DNA of 63,963 bases, filler included, from Basidioascus undulatus (GCA_000826855.1; 3 parts of 3 records of this genome joined end to end with filler, not necessarily neighbours in it); one strand, 5' to 3'; positions 13,904 to 26,498 are shown, numbered from the whole stretch's first letter. The notes: a model not told the origin generated them from the sequence alone. Numbers and translations are program-made.

Positions 13904-14919
13904 CGATACCCGGCACAACGCCCCTTGACTTTTTTGACTGCTTTGCTATGAAGACACTTTTTGCCCATGAAAAGATCACCGACACAGCTAGGTATTTAAA
14001 ATCAGGTGCGGGCTTCATAAAGCCGAACTGTTCAGATGCGAGGCGACTGCAATCCGTCGGACTGTTCCTTTTAATACCCATTAGCTCCATTCCTTCCCAA
14101 TATCTCACCGTTTGTGATCGAATGAATGCAAATTAGCTGCTCCCTCTTATCAAGCCGAATGCCATGATGTCTGACTTCTTGGCTCAGTCCATTGACCAGA
14201 GACTGATGCACACTCAGGCAAACCATGGAATAGCCTGGTCTCAGGTGTGGGTTCGTCCGGAGATTGCCACGTTTGAATATGACCTGAGGATGATTGGACG
14301 AGAGAGTGCAGCTTGTTTAGGGCTGCGTGCAGTCATGCAACCGAGCCCCGCAGTTTCCACCTGGTCATCGACCAATAACGCGCAGGGGTAGCCAGAGGAG
14401 ATCGATGTAAGTTGGCAAAGTCCTTGAAATAAAGTGCTAGTATACTGAATCTCTTCTATACAGTCAAAGCTGGGCATCACAGCAGCTAAATGAAAGCCGT
14501 TGAGAACGGGTATCAACGGATTTGGCTGTCAGCCAAAGTAGTACCTCTTCAAGCCCAACATTGCAGGCTATCTTGAAAGTCCAGCCAAATAAAGATCCTA
14601 ACGAAATCTCAAACTCACATGGATACCTCTGATCAGTTGCGTGGGTTATATAGCATCAGCGAAGCATGTGCTATGGGCTATAAGTTTGCAACAATTCCGT
14701 GTTGGCGTAAGAACTACTACGTCTGTGCGCGCCATGTGGCTTGGTCAGCAGACGTAGTATACCTCAGAATCTCCTCCGTGCGGGTTTACCGCCCTGTCTT
14801 TTCCGCTCACCATCGCCATCGCCATCTCCCGCACCACAGCCGACAGCCACCGTATTTTGACCGCACCTCCCGGCGCTCTGCTTCCCTTTCAAACCACACA
14901 CCCATACCTCGCTTTCATA

Positions 14920-15546
14920 ATGACCCCCCCACAACTCCCTGCCGAGCTTCACGTGCTCATCACCGAGGAAGTCGGCGCGCCGTCGCACCCGCTCGCCTAC
15001 TCGAGGGACTCGGCCACCCTCGCTTCGCTCTGCCTCGTTTTTTTCGCGCTCGTTTAACGCGGTAGCAGCGCCTCCCCTCTACAGCGCAATCACCTGCTTG
15101 TCCACCGAGCGGATGATAGATCTGGTGCACACGGCGACAACGAAACCCGAGGCTCCTCGCTTGTACTCATTCGCTGCACATCCATCACGGCTGGGAGCGA
15201 AGCACGTTCGTCATGACAAATATGACTGGCCTCAGACGAGCATTCTTCGACACGTGGTAGTCCTCAAGCTTGGCGAAGGGTCCTCCTCTTGAAGAGTGTT
15301 CGCTGTCGTACCACAACCTTTCGATTTTCACGCGCTCCGTCGATGCGCAAGCTCATCTTGGGATTCGCTACAATGGAAGAGCGGGTTTACGTGCTGAAAG
15401 AGCTACTTGGCTCACATTCGGACCAAAGCAATCTCCAGATCGTTGCTGCGTACCGCGGTGACAAGGACAGCTGGTTCTTGAACGGGTTCCGCGACGGAAC
15501 GATATGGGCAGCGGATGACCCGGCGGGGGTTTTGGCGGTGTCGTAG
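14920..15546 (+). pseudogene. F-box-like pseudogene, paralog of 1638-2555
   Basis: MTPPQLPAELHVLITEEVGAPSHPLAYSRDSATLASLCLV, then a stop at 15057. The remainder is spread over several frames and ends in FRDGTIW. Confidence 0.7.
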
Positions 15547-15761
15547 TCTTGGTGAATTGAGGGTGTGGTGTGAAGGAGGTTCCGTATGGCTATGTGTTTT
15601 CATGAAGACGCTCAGTGCCATCTTTCAGCGGGAATACAAACTTGTGAAAGTTCCGCCTTTCATCCGTGTAGCATGGACGCTTGAACCTGCCCATTCTATT
15701 CAGAAAGAGAATCACTAGGCCATGACCATGCAATGCAAGGCCAGCTTTCACTCGTAGCTCG

Positions 15762-16682
15762 TCAAAGTAGAACAATCTCGTTCTCGCTTGCCCCGCCCTT
15801 GCTCTCTCCACCTCCCTCTCCATCCCAAATCCACCCTTCCTCCCCGCCCTTCACGGTCCAATCCCTCATTCCTTCTTGACCCCATTCAAGCTCGACCAGC
15901 TTCGCCACGACGCTTGGTCCACTCCACCCATCCCCGTCCCCTTCCTCATCCTCCGCTAACGCCGCCTTCAATGCTGCCCCGAGGGCTTGGACGTCGTTCC
16001 TCTGCCACAGCCAGTTCACGCTAGTGACGTCGCAAACCAGGGTGACGCGGCGGAGCGCGGATGTGCGGGACGCGTGGCGCAAGAATTGAGCAAACGCGTG
16101 CAGCGCGTCGCGGTTCTCGGGGAACGGGCCGCCGGTGGGCGCGCAAACGAGGTGCGCAAGGGATGGCAGCTCTACCGGGAGAGGGAACGTGGGCCCAAAG
16201 ATCGCGAGGCGCGTAAGAGTGGCCAGTGTCGACGGGTGGAACGTGGTGAGCGAGAGGCCGGGTGATGGGAGCACGAGGGTGTCCAAAGCGGGGAGGAGAG
16301 ACAGCGCCGAGCGCAGCGTCGCGTCGGCCGCGCGTCCGTAAATCAGGTGCCGGTCGAGGGTGAGCGATGTGAGGCGCTGGTGGGGTGCGAGAGAGCAGAG
16401 TACGATTCGGAGGGCGTCGATGCTGGAGTCCGAGGTGTCGTCGGGCCAGTGCCGGACGGTGAGGGTTCGGATGCGGGAACACAGAAACGTGGAAGAGCGC
16501 AAAGTCTTCGAAAATCGCTCGAGTTGGGTTTCGGTCGATAGTGAAACGTGCGAGTAGAGCACCGAAAGCGCGAAGGAGGACAACGCCCGGTTCAAGAGTG
16601 ATAGGTTTACGAGTAAGGATGCCGATTTGGACACGGAAACGATATGCTCGACGAGCTCGAATGGTAGGGCGGGGAGCGCCAT
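15762..16682 (-). CDS. F-box-like/RNI-fold protein, intronless, ~306 aa
   Basis: Open ORF MALPALPFELVEHIVS...LVNLSLLNRALSSFALSVLYSHVSL. LRR-like LPALDTLVL, LPSLAHLV and SALRRVTL. C-terminal GWIW. Confidence 0.8.
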   Translation of the reverse strand: MALPALPFELVEHIVSVSKSASLLVNLSLLNRALSSFALSVLYSHVSLSTETQLERFSKTLRSSTFLCSRIRTLTVRHWPDDTSDSSIDALRIVLCSLAPHQRLTSLTLDRHLIYGRAADATLRSALSLLPALDTLVLPSPGLSLTTFHPSTLATLTRLAIFGPTFPLPVELPSLAHLVCAPTGGPFPENRDALHAFAQFLRHASRTSALRRVTLVCDVTSVNWLWQRNDVQALGAALKAALAEDEEGDGDGWSGPSVVAKLVELEWGQEGMRDWTVKGGEEGWIWDGEGGGESKGGASENEIVLL

Positions 16683-17126
16683 TGACGAGGACGAAAATGC
16701 TGGGCAGGGAGCGTGTGATGATGGCGAGAAGGCAAGGTGCGATCGCGAGCGCGAGCGGAGTCTTTCCGCTTGGCAGCGCCCGGAGCTTTCCAAGCGGCAA
16801 ATAAGATGGCAGACGGACGTCCCGTCAGCAGGCCCAATATAAAAGAAAAACGTAAATTTCAAAGCAGATACTGATAAACAGATGAAATCCACGTAGTACG
16901 ACGTTCGGGAGCCAAACGCGGACATGCAGAACGTTGCACTGACGAGAATAAAATCAACACGGAGGCGGTGCAGGATGGGCTAATCGATTATCGGGTAAAT
17001 TTGCTGCTGAAAATGCTTTGACGGTCATTAATCACGGAGTCAACGGGCGTAGATCTGCGGGCGGCGGCGGAACTCTCTTTCACGGAAAGCCCCACGCTTC
17101 TCTCTCTTCCCAAACCACACACCAGC

Positions 17127-17958
17127 ATGGCCGTGCAGCTCCCCATCGACGTTATCGAGAACATCGTCGCCCCCGTCGGCGAGCCAAAACATCCCTCGGC
17201 ATACAAGCATTCACCCAAGGCTCTCGAGACGCTCCTAGCGCTCACGCTCGTCTCGAACGATGTCAGGAAGATCACGCTTCCTCACCTTTATCGGCGCCAC
17301 GTCGTTGACAGCCTTTCGAAGCTCGCCTCCTTCCGCCACTCGTCGCATCTGCGCTTATGTGCACACTTTGATGTGGAGCGGCTTCAATTAAAAGTATGCT
17401 GACTTGTTCGAAAGGGAGAAACTCGAGAGATTGCTGAGGCCATTGAGGCGGCCCAGGCGACTATGCACCGTCTCGCTCTACGCTACGACCTCTCGCAATC
17501 GGGACGGCTTCCAGAGTCCCTGGGATAGTGTTTTGAGCTGGAGAAGGTAGCCCTGTGGGGTCTACTTACGATGCCATGCGGCAACGAAACTTCACCGGCT
17601 CTGCATCAGGGACTATTATGTCGATGAAGAAACTTACGCCCCTCTGTTGTGCCAGATTTCATTGCGTACCCATATCGTCACCTTCGTTTCCTATTGTTCG
17701 AACATGTCCGGAATTCTCGCTTCCACGCTAAACCAGCTGCCTGCGTTAAAGCGCGTTGCTTTCATCTCCGAAGACCACGCGTCTTGGCCGGACCATTCTC
17801 TCATTCAGGACTTGAGCGTGTGCTACTTTGAGGTAATAATCGGTGGATGCAATCATATTACACATCAAGAGATAATGTCGGAACTGTGGGAGAAGTTCTG
17901 CGATGGGACATTTTGGCACTTGGATTTGGACTATCTGCATGTGCTGAAGAAAGACTGA
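17127..17958 (+). pseudogene. F-box-like pseudogene, divergent from 15762-16682
   Basis: MAVQLPIDVIENIV...LLALTLVSNDVRKITLPHLY. In-frame TGA at 17400-17402 and TAG at 17526-17528, then a frame change to LPALKRVAF...DGTFW. Confidence 0.75.
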
Positions 17959-19960
17959 GGTGGGAGCTGTTCTATCATGAACCCTTCAGTACGTTTGGAA
18001 GTTCTGCTTTGGTTGCATAGCGAGGTCTGGGATATTATGGGGTAGGAGCTGTACGCTCGGGCGCTGAGAAACATCTGACCATGATAGCACGTTACACGTC
18101 TGTATGTCTGCAAGCACGTCTGCGTATATTGTCGGGCGTGATCTTGAATTACACGGAGAGCTAAAAGGCCGATTTCACAGTTGGAAGACAAAACGCATTG
18201 GGCATATAGACCGTGAGGGTTTGTTCGGGGCAAATAATCGATAGAGTAGGCCTGCAGGCTCCAGCTTCCAGCCCACCCGGAAAACAGGAGGCTGATTCTC
18301 TTGAGTGCATTCTACACTAAATATTACTCAATCTGCCTTATGTTCGCTCTCAAGGGCATCCCGGCCTGTGGCCTATCTGTTTTTAAACACCCTTACAGCG
18401 CTCACCGGCCCCAGCCACTCGGTGTACTGTCCATCTGCCTTGTACCGAATCTTACAGATCAACATATCTTCCCCGTATTTTGAAGAAGGAGCGGCGGGCC
18501 TCTGGTCCATTTTTATGCAGTCCAATGTGAAAATATAACCGGACCAACCATAGATTCCAGAAAGTGTGGTCTTGTGGGGTGTGGGGCCACCCTCGAGCCC
18601 TTCCACGTCTTTGGCCTATATGAGAATATGTTCCCATTCACCCTAACACATAAACCCTGTGGTTCTTGATCGACAGACTCGCATCGCTCCCGTTCCTCCG
18701 CCGATGGCAGACAGCTTCGTTCTTGCGGAATGCGGTACTCTCACAGGCAGGATTCGCAGATACACCTACCTTTCCTCGGTACATGGAAGTTGTTGAAATA
18801 AAATAAAAAACTTGAAAAGCAGTAAAGTATTCGACCATCGTCGAGGCAGTCTGACTCGACGAAGCGCTTTTCGTCGTCCGCAGCAACGCCTCCGGCCTGG
18901 CCTCGCGCAGCATGTCCACGCCTCCTCGGCTTTGCTCCTCGCCTTTGTTCCGATGTTGTGCCCTCAAAATCTGGGCTGAGTAGAAACATTTGGAGTGTAT
19001 AATTTATGATTAATTAGGTCCGCAGCTCATCCGACTACGCTTAGCCTTGTGCCGAGGGTTGTAGGAGGAACACCATCAGGAAAGGCACGACTTCTGTTCC
19101 TGTTCCTGAGCTGGTATGGTATCGATAGCTGTATAAGCTCCTACGCTTTCTCCACTCTCCAGCTTATCCACGCTCTTCGTAACGGCGCACGTCCGCTAAC
19201 TTTCGATGTTGTCCAGGGATGAGAAGAGCACAGCAGAGCAGAACTGCCCATATCCCCCGAGAACGAGGCGTCCAAAGGCGGCGACTAAGTATTTCTGTAC
19301 TTCAATGCATCTCATATACTTTATTGAGGAGCATTCAGGCCTCGATCGCATCTCGAGGGTGGTCAGCGAGTCCAGCGCAGCCTTTGCGCAGCGGGGTTAC
19401 GCCACGCTTCGTTGCTGCTCCAATTCTGGGGCGAGCTTCATACACTTGGCAGTGAATGGAGAACGTACGTCGGGATAGGAACACCTAGCGGGGTGAAGGT
19501 TGAATATTGGAGGCTTGCCTAGGACTAGCTGGGTGGTCTTCGATGGGGGTTGGTTTCTGAGACCGGTGCCGTCGGGCTGCATATCATTTTCCATTGGGAC
19601 TGTTCTCCTTTCTTTGATTCTGTTCCTTACATCCTACGGTGACTGTAGGGCCTTATTTTCTCTTGTACAGTGTTCGCGTGTCTCGTGCTCGTCCATTTCA
19701 ACAGCTTTGGGCCTTGCTGAGATTGCATTGTGATGCCACTTTCTATGGGTCGAACACACTCAAACGAAGTGGAATACTGGGGCTCATTTATCCACAGTAG
19801 TCATAGTCTGAAGCCACGCATGGGCGATTCTCTCGCCGGAAGACAGAGCGGACGACTTGCATCTACAGCAGCACTGCTGGAACGGAGTATTTTACACCGC
19901 CATGTTGACGAGAGTTAAGTGATAGAGGGCAGACACCGGCTGGCCTTTACTTACTGTTAG

Positions 19961-19998
19961 GCTCGGAGACCGAAGGGGTGCTCGGAGACCGGAGTGGT
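19961..19998. repeat. 19-bp imperfect tandem duplication
   Basis: gctcggagaccgaaggggt / gctcggagaccggagtggt. Confidence 0.8.
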
Positions 19999-21278
19999 GT
20001 TATCACAGGCTGGGCAGTTGGGACCCGTCCTTCGAACGTTTCATGATTGAAAACGCACAGCTCAGGTAATAATAAAAATTCCTTTGATATAATGAGGAAT
20101 GTAAGCTGTTCAGATCCTTTGTTCCCATCGTTGGAAGCACGAGTGGCAACTATACCCGTCCTTCAGCAGCCACCTCACGGCATGTCAGTGTCCAGCCTCA
20201 AGAGATTGGGCTGCACAGAAGTCTATAAAGCCGCTGATAAATACAGGGACTAGGCTGAAGAAATTTTTGCTCCTACACTCATATAGTCAGTCGCTGGACA
20301 TGCCGGCACGGATGGAGCGATGCCGATGCAGGCGGCTAACCCGCCTACGAACCTTCAGCGATAACTGGCCCTGCTGCTCCTCTCATGTCCTCAGGGCTGT
20401 TGGTCATCTGAGCCAAAATCACATAGCATTGTTAAACGAACTGGCAGCTGGACTTCTCAAATGAGAGTGTCTTGCCCATGCGCCTTCGCTGCGCCAGGCC
20501 GCAGCAGTGCAGGCGGCCTAGAGCTCTCGCGGCACTCAGGCATGCGTTGCCCGTCTTGCCTTGGGCGTATACGTAGAAGCACTCCTGTCTTGAAGGAAGT
20601 TGAAGGAAAATTGAGACGCTTGCGAGCACACATACCGCAAGCACACCGCAAGATACCGCTTCTTCCAGACTCCGACCAGAGCCCACACATCTTATCTTAG
20701 CCCCTGATCCCGGATGTTTATCCCACCTCATCGAGATGACAAGAGATTGCAAGAGATGAAGATGCCGGACGATCGACGACGTCCGGTGCCTTCTGTCAGA
20801 AAAGTACTATTGATTTAGTATATATTAGATATGAAACCCTCCGACACTTTCTTGCAGTCTTCTCTCTCTTCGGCGTTCTCTCTCTTGGGCGTCCGTATTG
20901 GGGATGCCGCGAATAGTACCCACTCTCACAGAAGCATCTTGAAGCCATGCTGCATGAAAAGCGATGCCCCAAATTTTCAGAAATGGGTCATAAGTGTGTG
21001 AGATAATTCGAAATTGATAATCGATGAGGATAGATAAGTAAAGAGATGATACTGTATCTATACTATGTTTTCGAAACGAGTGTGCGCTGATTGGTTGAGA
21101 AGTCTGAATTGCTGCCGCGCCCATTGACTGCCGGACGCTTCGCGGCCCTCGGCCACTCGCCTAGAGTCTGCCACACTGCTCGCCTTGCTTTCACACCCAA
21201 CACATACATCTATCCGCAACGACGACGACGATTGCATTCTTCTCGACGCCGACGCCAACGCCGACGCCCCCGCCGCCG

Positions 21279-22169
21279 ATGTCGCTCACGCACGCGCCGC
21301 CGCAGCCGCCGCCGCCGTCGGCCTCAGCGCGCGCGTCGCCACACGCGCTCAAGCTCCCGCCACTGTCCTCCTACCTCACCGGCACGCACACGCCCTCGCC
21401 GCCGCAGTCCACCAGCGTGCCCTCGCCGCCGCCCGCGCAGCCCCAGTCCGACGCCGGCAGCAGCACGGTGAGCGGCGGCGCGAGCCCCCGAGGCCAGCAG
21501 ACGACGTGCACCAATTGCGGCACGCATGTTACGCCGCTTTGGAGGAGGGCCGCGGACGGGCAGACCATCTGCAATGCTTGTGGTGAGTGCTTTGATATTG
21601 ATTCTTTGGGGGGATGTCTTGGATGCCAGAGGGGTGCTGTCAGGGTACACAGTCCACAGCACGGACGCGCCGCCACTTTAGTGCTTTAGTGTGCGATAGG
21701 GCCTGATTCGCCTAGGGCCATCTTATCTCTGCCTCGGCCAGCCTCTTGCCTTCCTCCCATCACCAAAGCCCTCCGTTCAGCATGCCTTCCCTTGCTGAAA
21801 CACACCTGCCTTCCATCGATCTCTCTTCAGGTTTGTACGAGAAGAACCGCAACGCCCCCCGTCCTATGACCCTCCAGCGCACCTCCCCCCCCTCCTCCAC
21901 CTCCTCCCCCTCCACCCCTTCCTGCTCCTCTTCCCCCTTCTTCTCCTCCCCCTGCTCTTCCTCAGGCTCCTCCACCTCATACCCCACCTCCCCCACTTCC
22001 GCCTCGCCCTCCACCCCGCGTAGCCCACCCACGTCCTCCAGCGGAGCATCGTCGCTCAGCGAGACGTTCCCCTCTGAGGTTTCCTGCGCTGCTTCGACGC
22101 GCGCGAGGGACGCTTCGGCCTCGGCTGGGCCGGCTGCTGGGATGGGGGAGAGCGGACGGGGGGACTGAG
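21279..22169 (+). CDS. GATA zinc-finger transcription factor (SreA/Urbs1-like first finger); 3' part uncertain at the contig end
   Basis: [25 protein letters not shown] (C-x2-C-x17-C-x2-C), then an intron at ~21583-21830, then [12 protein letters not shown] and a Ser/Pro-rich tract. Confidence 0.85.
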
Positions 22170-22269
22170 NNNNNNNNNNNNNNNNNNNNNNNNNNNNNNN
22201 NNNNNNNNNNNNNTTAATTAATTAANNNNNNNNNNNNNNNNNNNNNNNNNNNNNNNNNNNNNNNNNNNN
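22170..22269. other. Artificial contig spacer (44 N + TTAATTAATTAA + 44 N)
   Basis: Exactly 100 bp. The 12-mer puts stops in all six frames and is identical to 44365-44464. Confidence 0.97.
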
Positions 22270-22813
22270 GACCCGAGACCAATCCCGCCGACAAAGGACC
22301 ACGTCCTCCTCGCCAGCTTCACCTACGATCTCGACTCCCTCGCGCCCCGCCGTCGAGTTCCTTCCCGCCGACTCCGCGGCCATCGCGCACGCCGGCGCGC
22401 CGGGAGTCGTCATCCCCTGCTCGCTCAAGGGCAAGGGCCCCGGCCCCTTCCGCCACGGCTCCGTCCACTTCCACCACCCCATGCACGGCGCGGGCAAGGG
22501 GCGCCACCCGCACCCACACCACCGCGGCGGCGGGTGCCTGCGCGGCAAGCTCCGCCGCCTCGGCGCGCAGTGGGCGCGCCTCCCCGTCCACGGAAAGTTC
22601 ATCATCTGCTCCCTCCTCTCCTCCATCGTCCTCGCCCTTGGCGCGCTCGCCTTTTCCCTCATCCGCCGTGCCAAGCTGCGCCGTCAGCAGCGTCGCGCTG
22701 AGAAGGAGGCCGTTCGCCGGAAGGCGGACGACGGGCACGCCGACGAGAAGGCGCCGCTAGTGGACGAGAAGGCGCACGTCGAGGAGTCGCCGCTCCCCGA
22801 GTACAAGCCGTGA
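22270..22813 (+). CDS. 3' part of a single-pass membrane protein with a His-rich segment
   Basis: GC3-rich frame HGSVHFHHPMHGAGKGRHPHPHH, then hydrophobic FIICSLLSSIVLALGALAFSLI, a basic stop-transfer and the tail SPLPEY. 5' end lost in the gap. Confidence 0.6.
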
Positions 22814-23271
22814 AGTCGTTACCGCTTCGCAGCGTTCCTCTCATTTCATAGTTTCTGTTTTATCTGTATTCATGTACTGCATTAGCATAGTACGTTAACG
22901 AATTGATTGAGCGATCTGAAGTCTTTTGAAGCCCTGCGAGAGCCGAATGAAACGAGGAAGGTTGTGCAGCCTTTTGAACCAACACCTGTATACCATCGGT
23001 CCGCCTTCTCGTGACGCAAGATGTCCAGAAAGCAGACATTTGCAAGTCATCTCGATACGTTACTGACCGCGCTTGGACCTGCGCAGCGTGATGTCCGCGC
23101 TTGCGTCGCATTGTCACTCTCCACACCACTCGTTTTCGCCCGTTCGTGCTCATCAACAGGATATTAACGCAAACACACACTCACACGCCAGTCGCTTGTG
23201 GTATGCTGTGCATTTTCTAGTATACGTGAAAGAAACCGGGAGTGATCTACAAGCTAAACAAGTTTACGCGT

Positions 23272-26200
23272 TCAGTCGACTGCGTAGCGGCAGAAAACCA
23301 CATCAGTATCGCAAGCTCGAACGGCGTCGGATGAAGAGGACGAGTGAGGCGTACCGTCCATCTCCGACGGGCCCTCCTTGCTCTGCTCGGGCTTGGGCTC
23401 CTCCTTCTTCTCCTCATCCGTCTTCGGGGTCTGCTCGCCGGACGCCGGGGTCGACTCGGGCTTGGGAGTCTTGGGCTTGGGGCGGTTCAGGATGGCGTTG
23501 CAGGTGTAGCCGCTGTGGGAGAGGACGAAACCGGTCAGCGTGCGATAGAAAGACGGTGAGAGGAGTAGAAGGGACAACGAGGGATTCGACGTACATCTCC
23601 TCAGCGCGCTTGCGGATCTCGTCCGAGGTGATGACGGGGTCCTCGTTCTTGGGGCGCTCGGCCTGCTTGTAGAGGTTGTCGTCGAGCCACTTGGCGGCGT
23701 TGGCGGCGGTGTTAATGACAGTCTCGATGTCCTTCTCGTCAATGTGCGAGTACTTCTCGTCGCCGGACTGGGCCTTGGAGAGGAAGTCGTTCGTCGCCTC
23801 GCGGAGGACGGCCGCGGCCTTGGGCCGCTCCTCCTGCTCGCGCCAGCGGAGGACGATCGGGTCGCCGAGCTTCTTGAGCGTGTCCAGGCGCTCGATGTAC
23901 TTGGACTTGGTCGCCTCCTCGCCCTCCTCAGTGTAGAGCCACTCTTCCGCCTCGTTGAGCAGCTTCTGGAACTCCTCCTTCTCAGCCGGCTTGACGTACG
24001 CCGCGTGGCGGTCGTCGAGCTTGCCGCGCTGGTCGTAGACGTACTCCTCGAGCGCGTTCTTCCGCTCCTGTAAACAAGAACGACGGACAAGTAGCATGAT
24101 CAACTGCGGCTTCGAGAATTTGAAGGGGAAAAGCGAACTCGACAAACGCACCTCAGTCTCCAAGACGAGCTTGTCGGACGCGTGCAGCTGGCCCTCCTTC
24201 TCGCGCCACTCGTTGAGGGTCTGTGGGTCGAGGCCGGTCGTGCCGCCGACGACGGTGAGGTCAGCCTTCTTGACGAGCTTCTTGACCTTCCGGACCTCCG
24301 GCTTGGGCGCCTCGGCCGGGGTCTCGGCGTCGGTCTGCATCGGCTCGGGCGTGACGGTCTCCTCCTTCTCGACCTCCTCGACGGTGTGCGCGCCCTCGAC
24401 GGCGTAGAGGCCGTGGATATTCAGGCGGACGCGGACCTTGACGATCGCGTGGTTGCCGTTCGCGTCGGGCGTGACGCCCTTGATCGTCGCGTTCGAGATC
24501 CACGGATTGATGCCGGTCGGGATGCGCTCGGGCTCGGCGTACTGCGCCTCGAGCGAGAAATCCTCCTTGCGGTAGAACGTGAGGACCTTGGTGGACGGGA
24601 TCGGGTTCTTGCGCGGGAAGACGATGAGCTCGGTCTCGTCTGTCTCACCCTCGGGGAGGTCGGCGGGGAGCTCCCACTGGACCTTGATGCCGTACTGGTT
24701 GATGTCGGAGATGTGGAATTCTCGGACGCGGAAGACGGGCGAGAGCATGGCGCAGGCGAGGGTCGCGCCGCGGGCGACGGCCTCGTCCTGGTTGAGGGTC
24801 GACGAGAGGCCCTTGCCGAAGAACTGCGAGAGGCGCTCCTTGACGGCGGGGATACGGGTCGAGCCACCGACGAGCTCGATCGAGTCGATCTGGGACGGCT
24901 CGAGGCCGGCCTCCGCGAGCGCCTCCTTCAGCGGCTCCTCGACGCGCTTGAGCAGGTGCTCGGCGAGCTTCTCGAACTCCTCGCGCGAGAGCATCGACGA
25001 CGCGTCGACGTCGTTCATGATGTTCTCGACGTTGAGCGGCGCGGCGGCGTTGGCGGAGAGGACCTTCTTGAGGCGCTCGCACGCGGTCGTGAGGCGGAAG
25101 GTGGCCTTGGGGTTCGAGAGGACGTCGATCTTGTACTTGCCCTTGAACTCCTCCGCGAAGTGGTCGACGAGGACCTTGTCGAACTCGCGCCCGCCGAAGT
25201 GGCGGTCGTACGCTGCCGACTTGACCTCGAGCTTGCCCTTGTTGAACGCGACGACGGAGACCTGGTAGTTGGAGTGGCCGATGTCGACGAAGACGACGTG
25301 CTTCGGCGGGGCGGGCGCCTCGGGGAGCTCGGTCTTGGTGATGCCGTAGCCAAGCGCGGTCGCGCTGAGGTCGTTGATGAGGCGGAGGGAGTTGAGGCCG
25401 GCGATCTCGGCGGCGTTCAGCATCGCGAGGCGCTGAACGTCGGTGAACCAGCCGGGCACAGAGATGACGACGTCCGAGACGGCCTGCTTGAGCTCGACCG
25501 CCGCGGTGTCGCGCAGCTTGCCGAGGTACATCGCCGCGAGCTGCGTCGCGGAGAAGACATGGGGCTCGCCGAGGAATTGCACCTGTGAAAGGCGTACGGT
25601 ACAGTCAGGTCCTGCTGGCCCCGACGTCCGATGTGCAGAGTGTCGCCCTCCAATAGTACCCTCCATCACAGCAGCACAAAGGCTTCGCTCCTGTTCCATC
25701 TCATCGTCCAGATGACGGTAGGCCCGGCCGGTCCGCAAGCGCCGCATCGGCCCCTGCAACTGCTTCAACGGAATCCAAACTCACCTCAACACCAACCTCC
25801 TTCCCAGCATCAACCAGCTTCGCCCCAATGAACTGCTTCTCGATGTTCTGGATCTCCGGGTCCTGGAACGTCCGGCCGACCAACCGCTTCAAGCTGCCGA
25901 CGGTGTTCTTGAAGTTGGAAGTCTCGAGCGTCTTGGCAGACTCGCCGAGTGCTCGCGACTTGGGGGTGAAGGAGATGAGGGAGCTGCAAAGGGACGAGAC
26001 TGGTCAGCACAGCGCCGGACAAGACTGGGTGATGGGGGGGAGGGGATGCCGACGCACGGAGTCTGGCGGTTGGAGACCTCGTTGGTGATGATGTCAATGC
26101 CACGGTGGCGGGCGACACCGATCTGCCGAGAAGGAACGCAAGGAAGGAAGAGTCAGCTCAAGAATCGAAACAGATGGGGCATGTGCGAGGCTCTGCGGCA

Positions 26201-26498
26201 TCTCCCCAATCTCCCCTGACCCGACCTCCGACCCCACACCCTGGCCTTCTCCCATCCCGGGTGCCACCTCCATCTCACTCCCTACACCACCCCAGAGCCG
26301 TGCATAGTGGGTAGCATCACAATCCAAGATGCCCTGAACGAGCGCGGTGTCGGCCAAAGTCGCACGAAAAGCTGTGTTCACCTTGGAGGTCGCCTGCGAG
26401 GAAGGAAGACATGTGAGCCCTGGTGCGCCTGACAAGTTTCAAACAGGCATGAGATCCTGACGCACATTTCCAAAGTCGATACCAACGACGGACGCCAT
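23272..26498 (-). CDS. SSE1: Hsp110-family chaperone (Sse1/Hsp88)
   Basis: MASVVGIDFGN|ATSK|IGVARHRGIDIITNEVSNRQTP, VVFVDIGHSNYQV, IELVGGSTRIPAVK, LNQDEAVARGA and KNALEEYVY. Ends in MDVD. Confidence 0.96.

Noticed and set aside
22214..22225. TTAATTAATTAA palindrome as a biological site (also 44409-44420)
   Set aside because: Centred in exactly 44+44 Ns at both places, so it is a synthetic linker.
24182..25588. 468-aa ORF antisense to Hsp110
   Set aside because: Expected shadow ORF from extreme GC3 codon bias. Such antisense ORFs are well known for Hsp70-family genes, and there is no independent motif.
25584..26381. Intronic snoRNA in the long Hsp110 introns
   Set aside because: No convincing C (RTGATGA)/D (CTGA) box pair with a terminal stem was found by eye.
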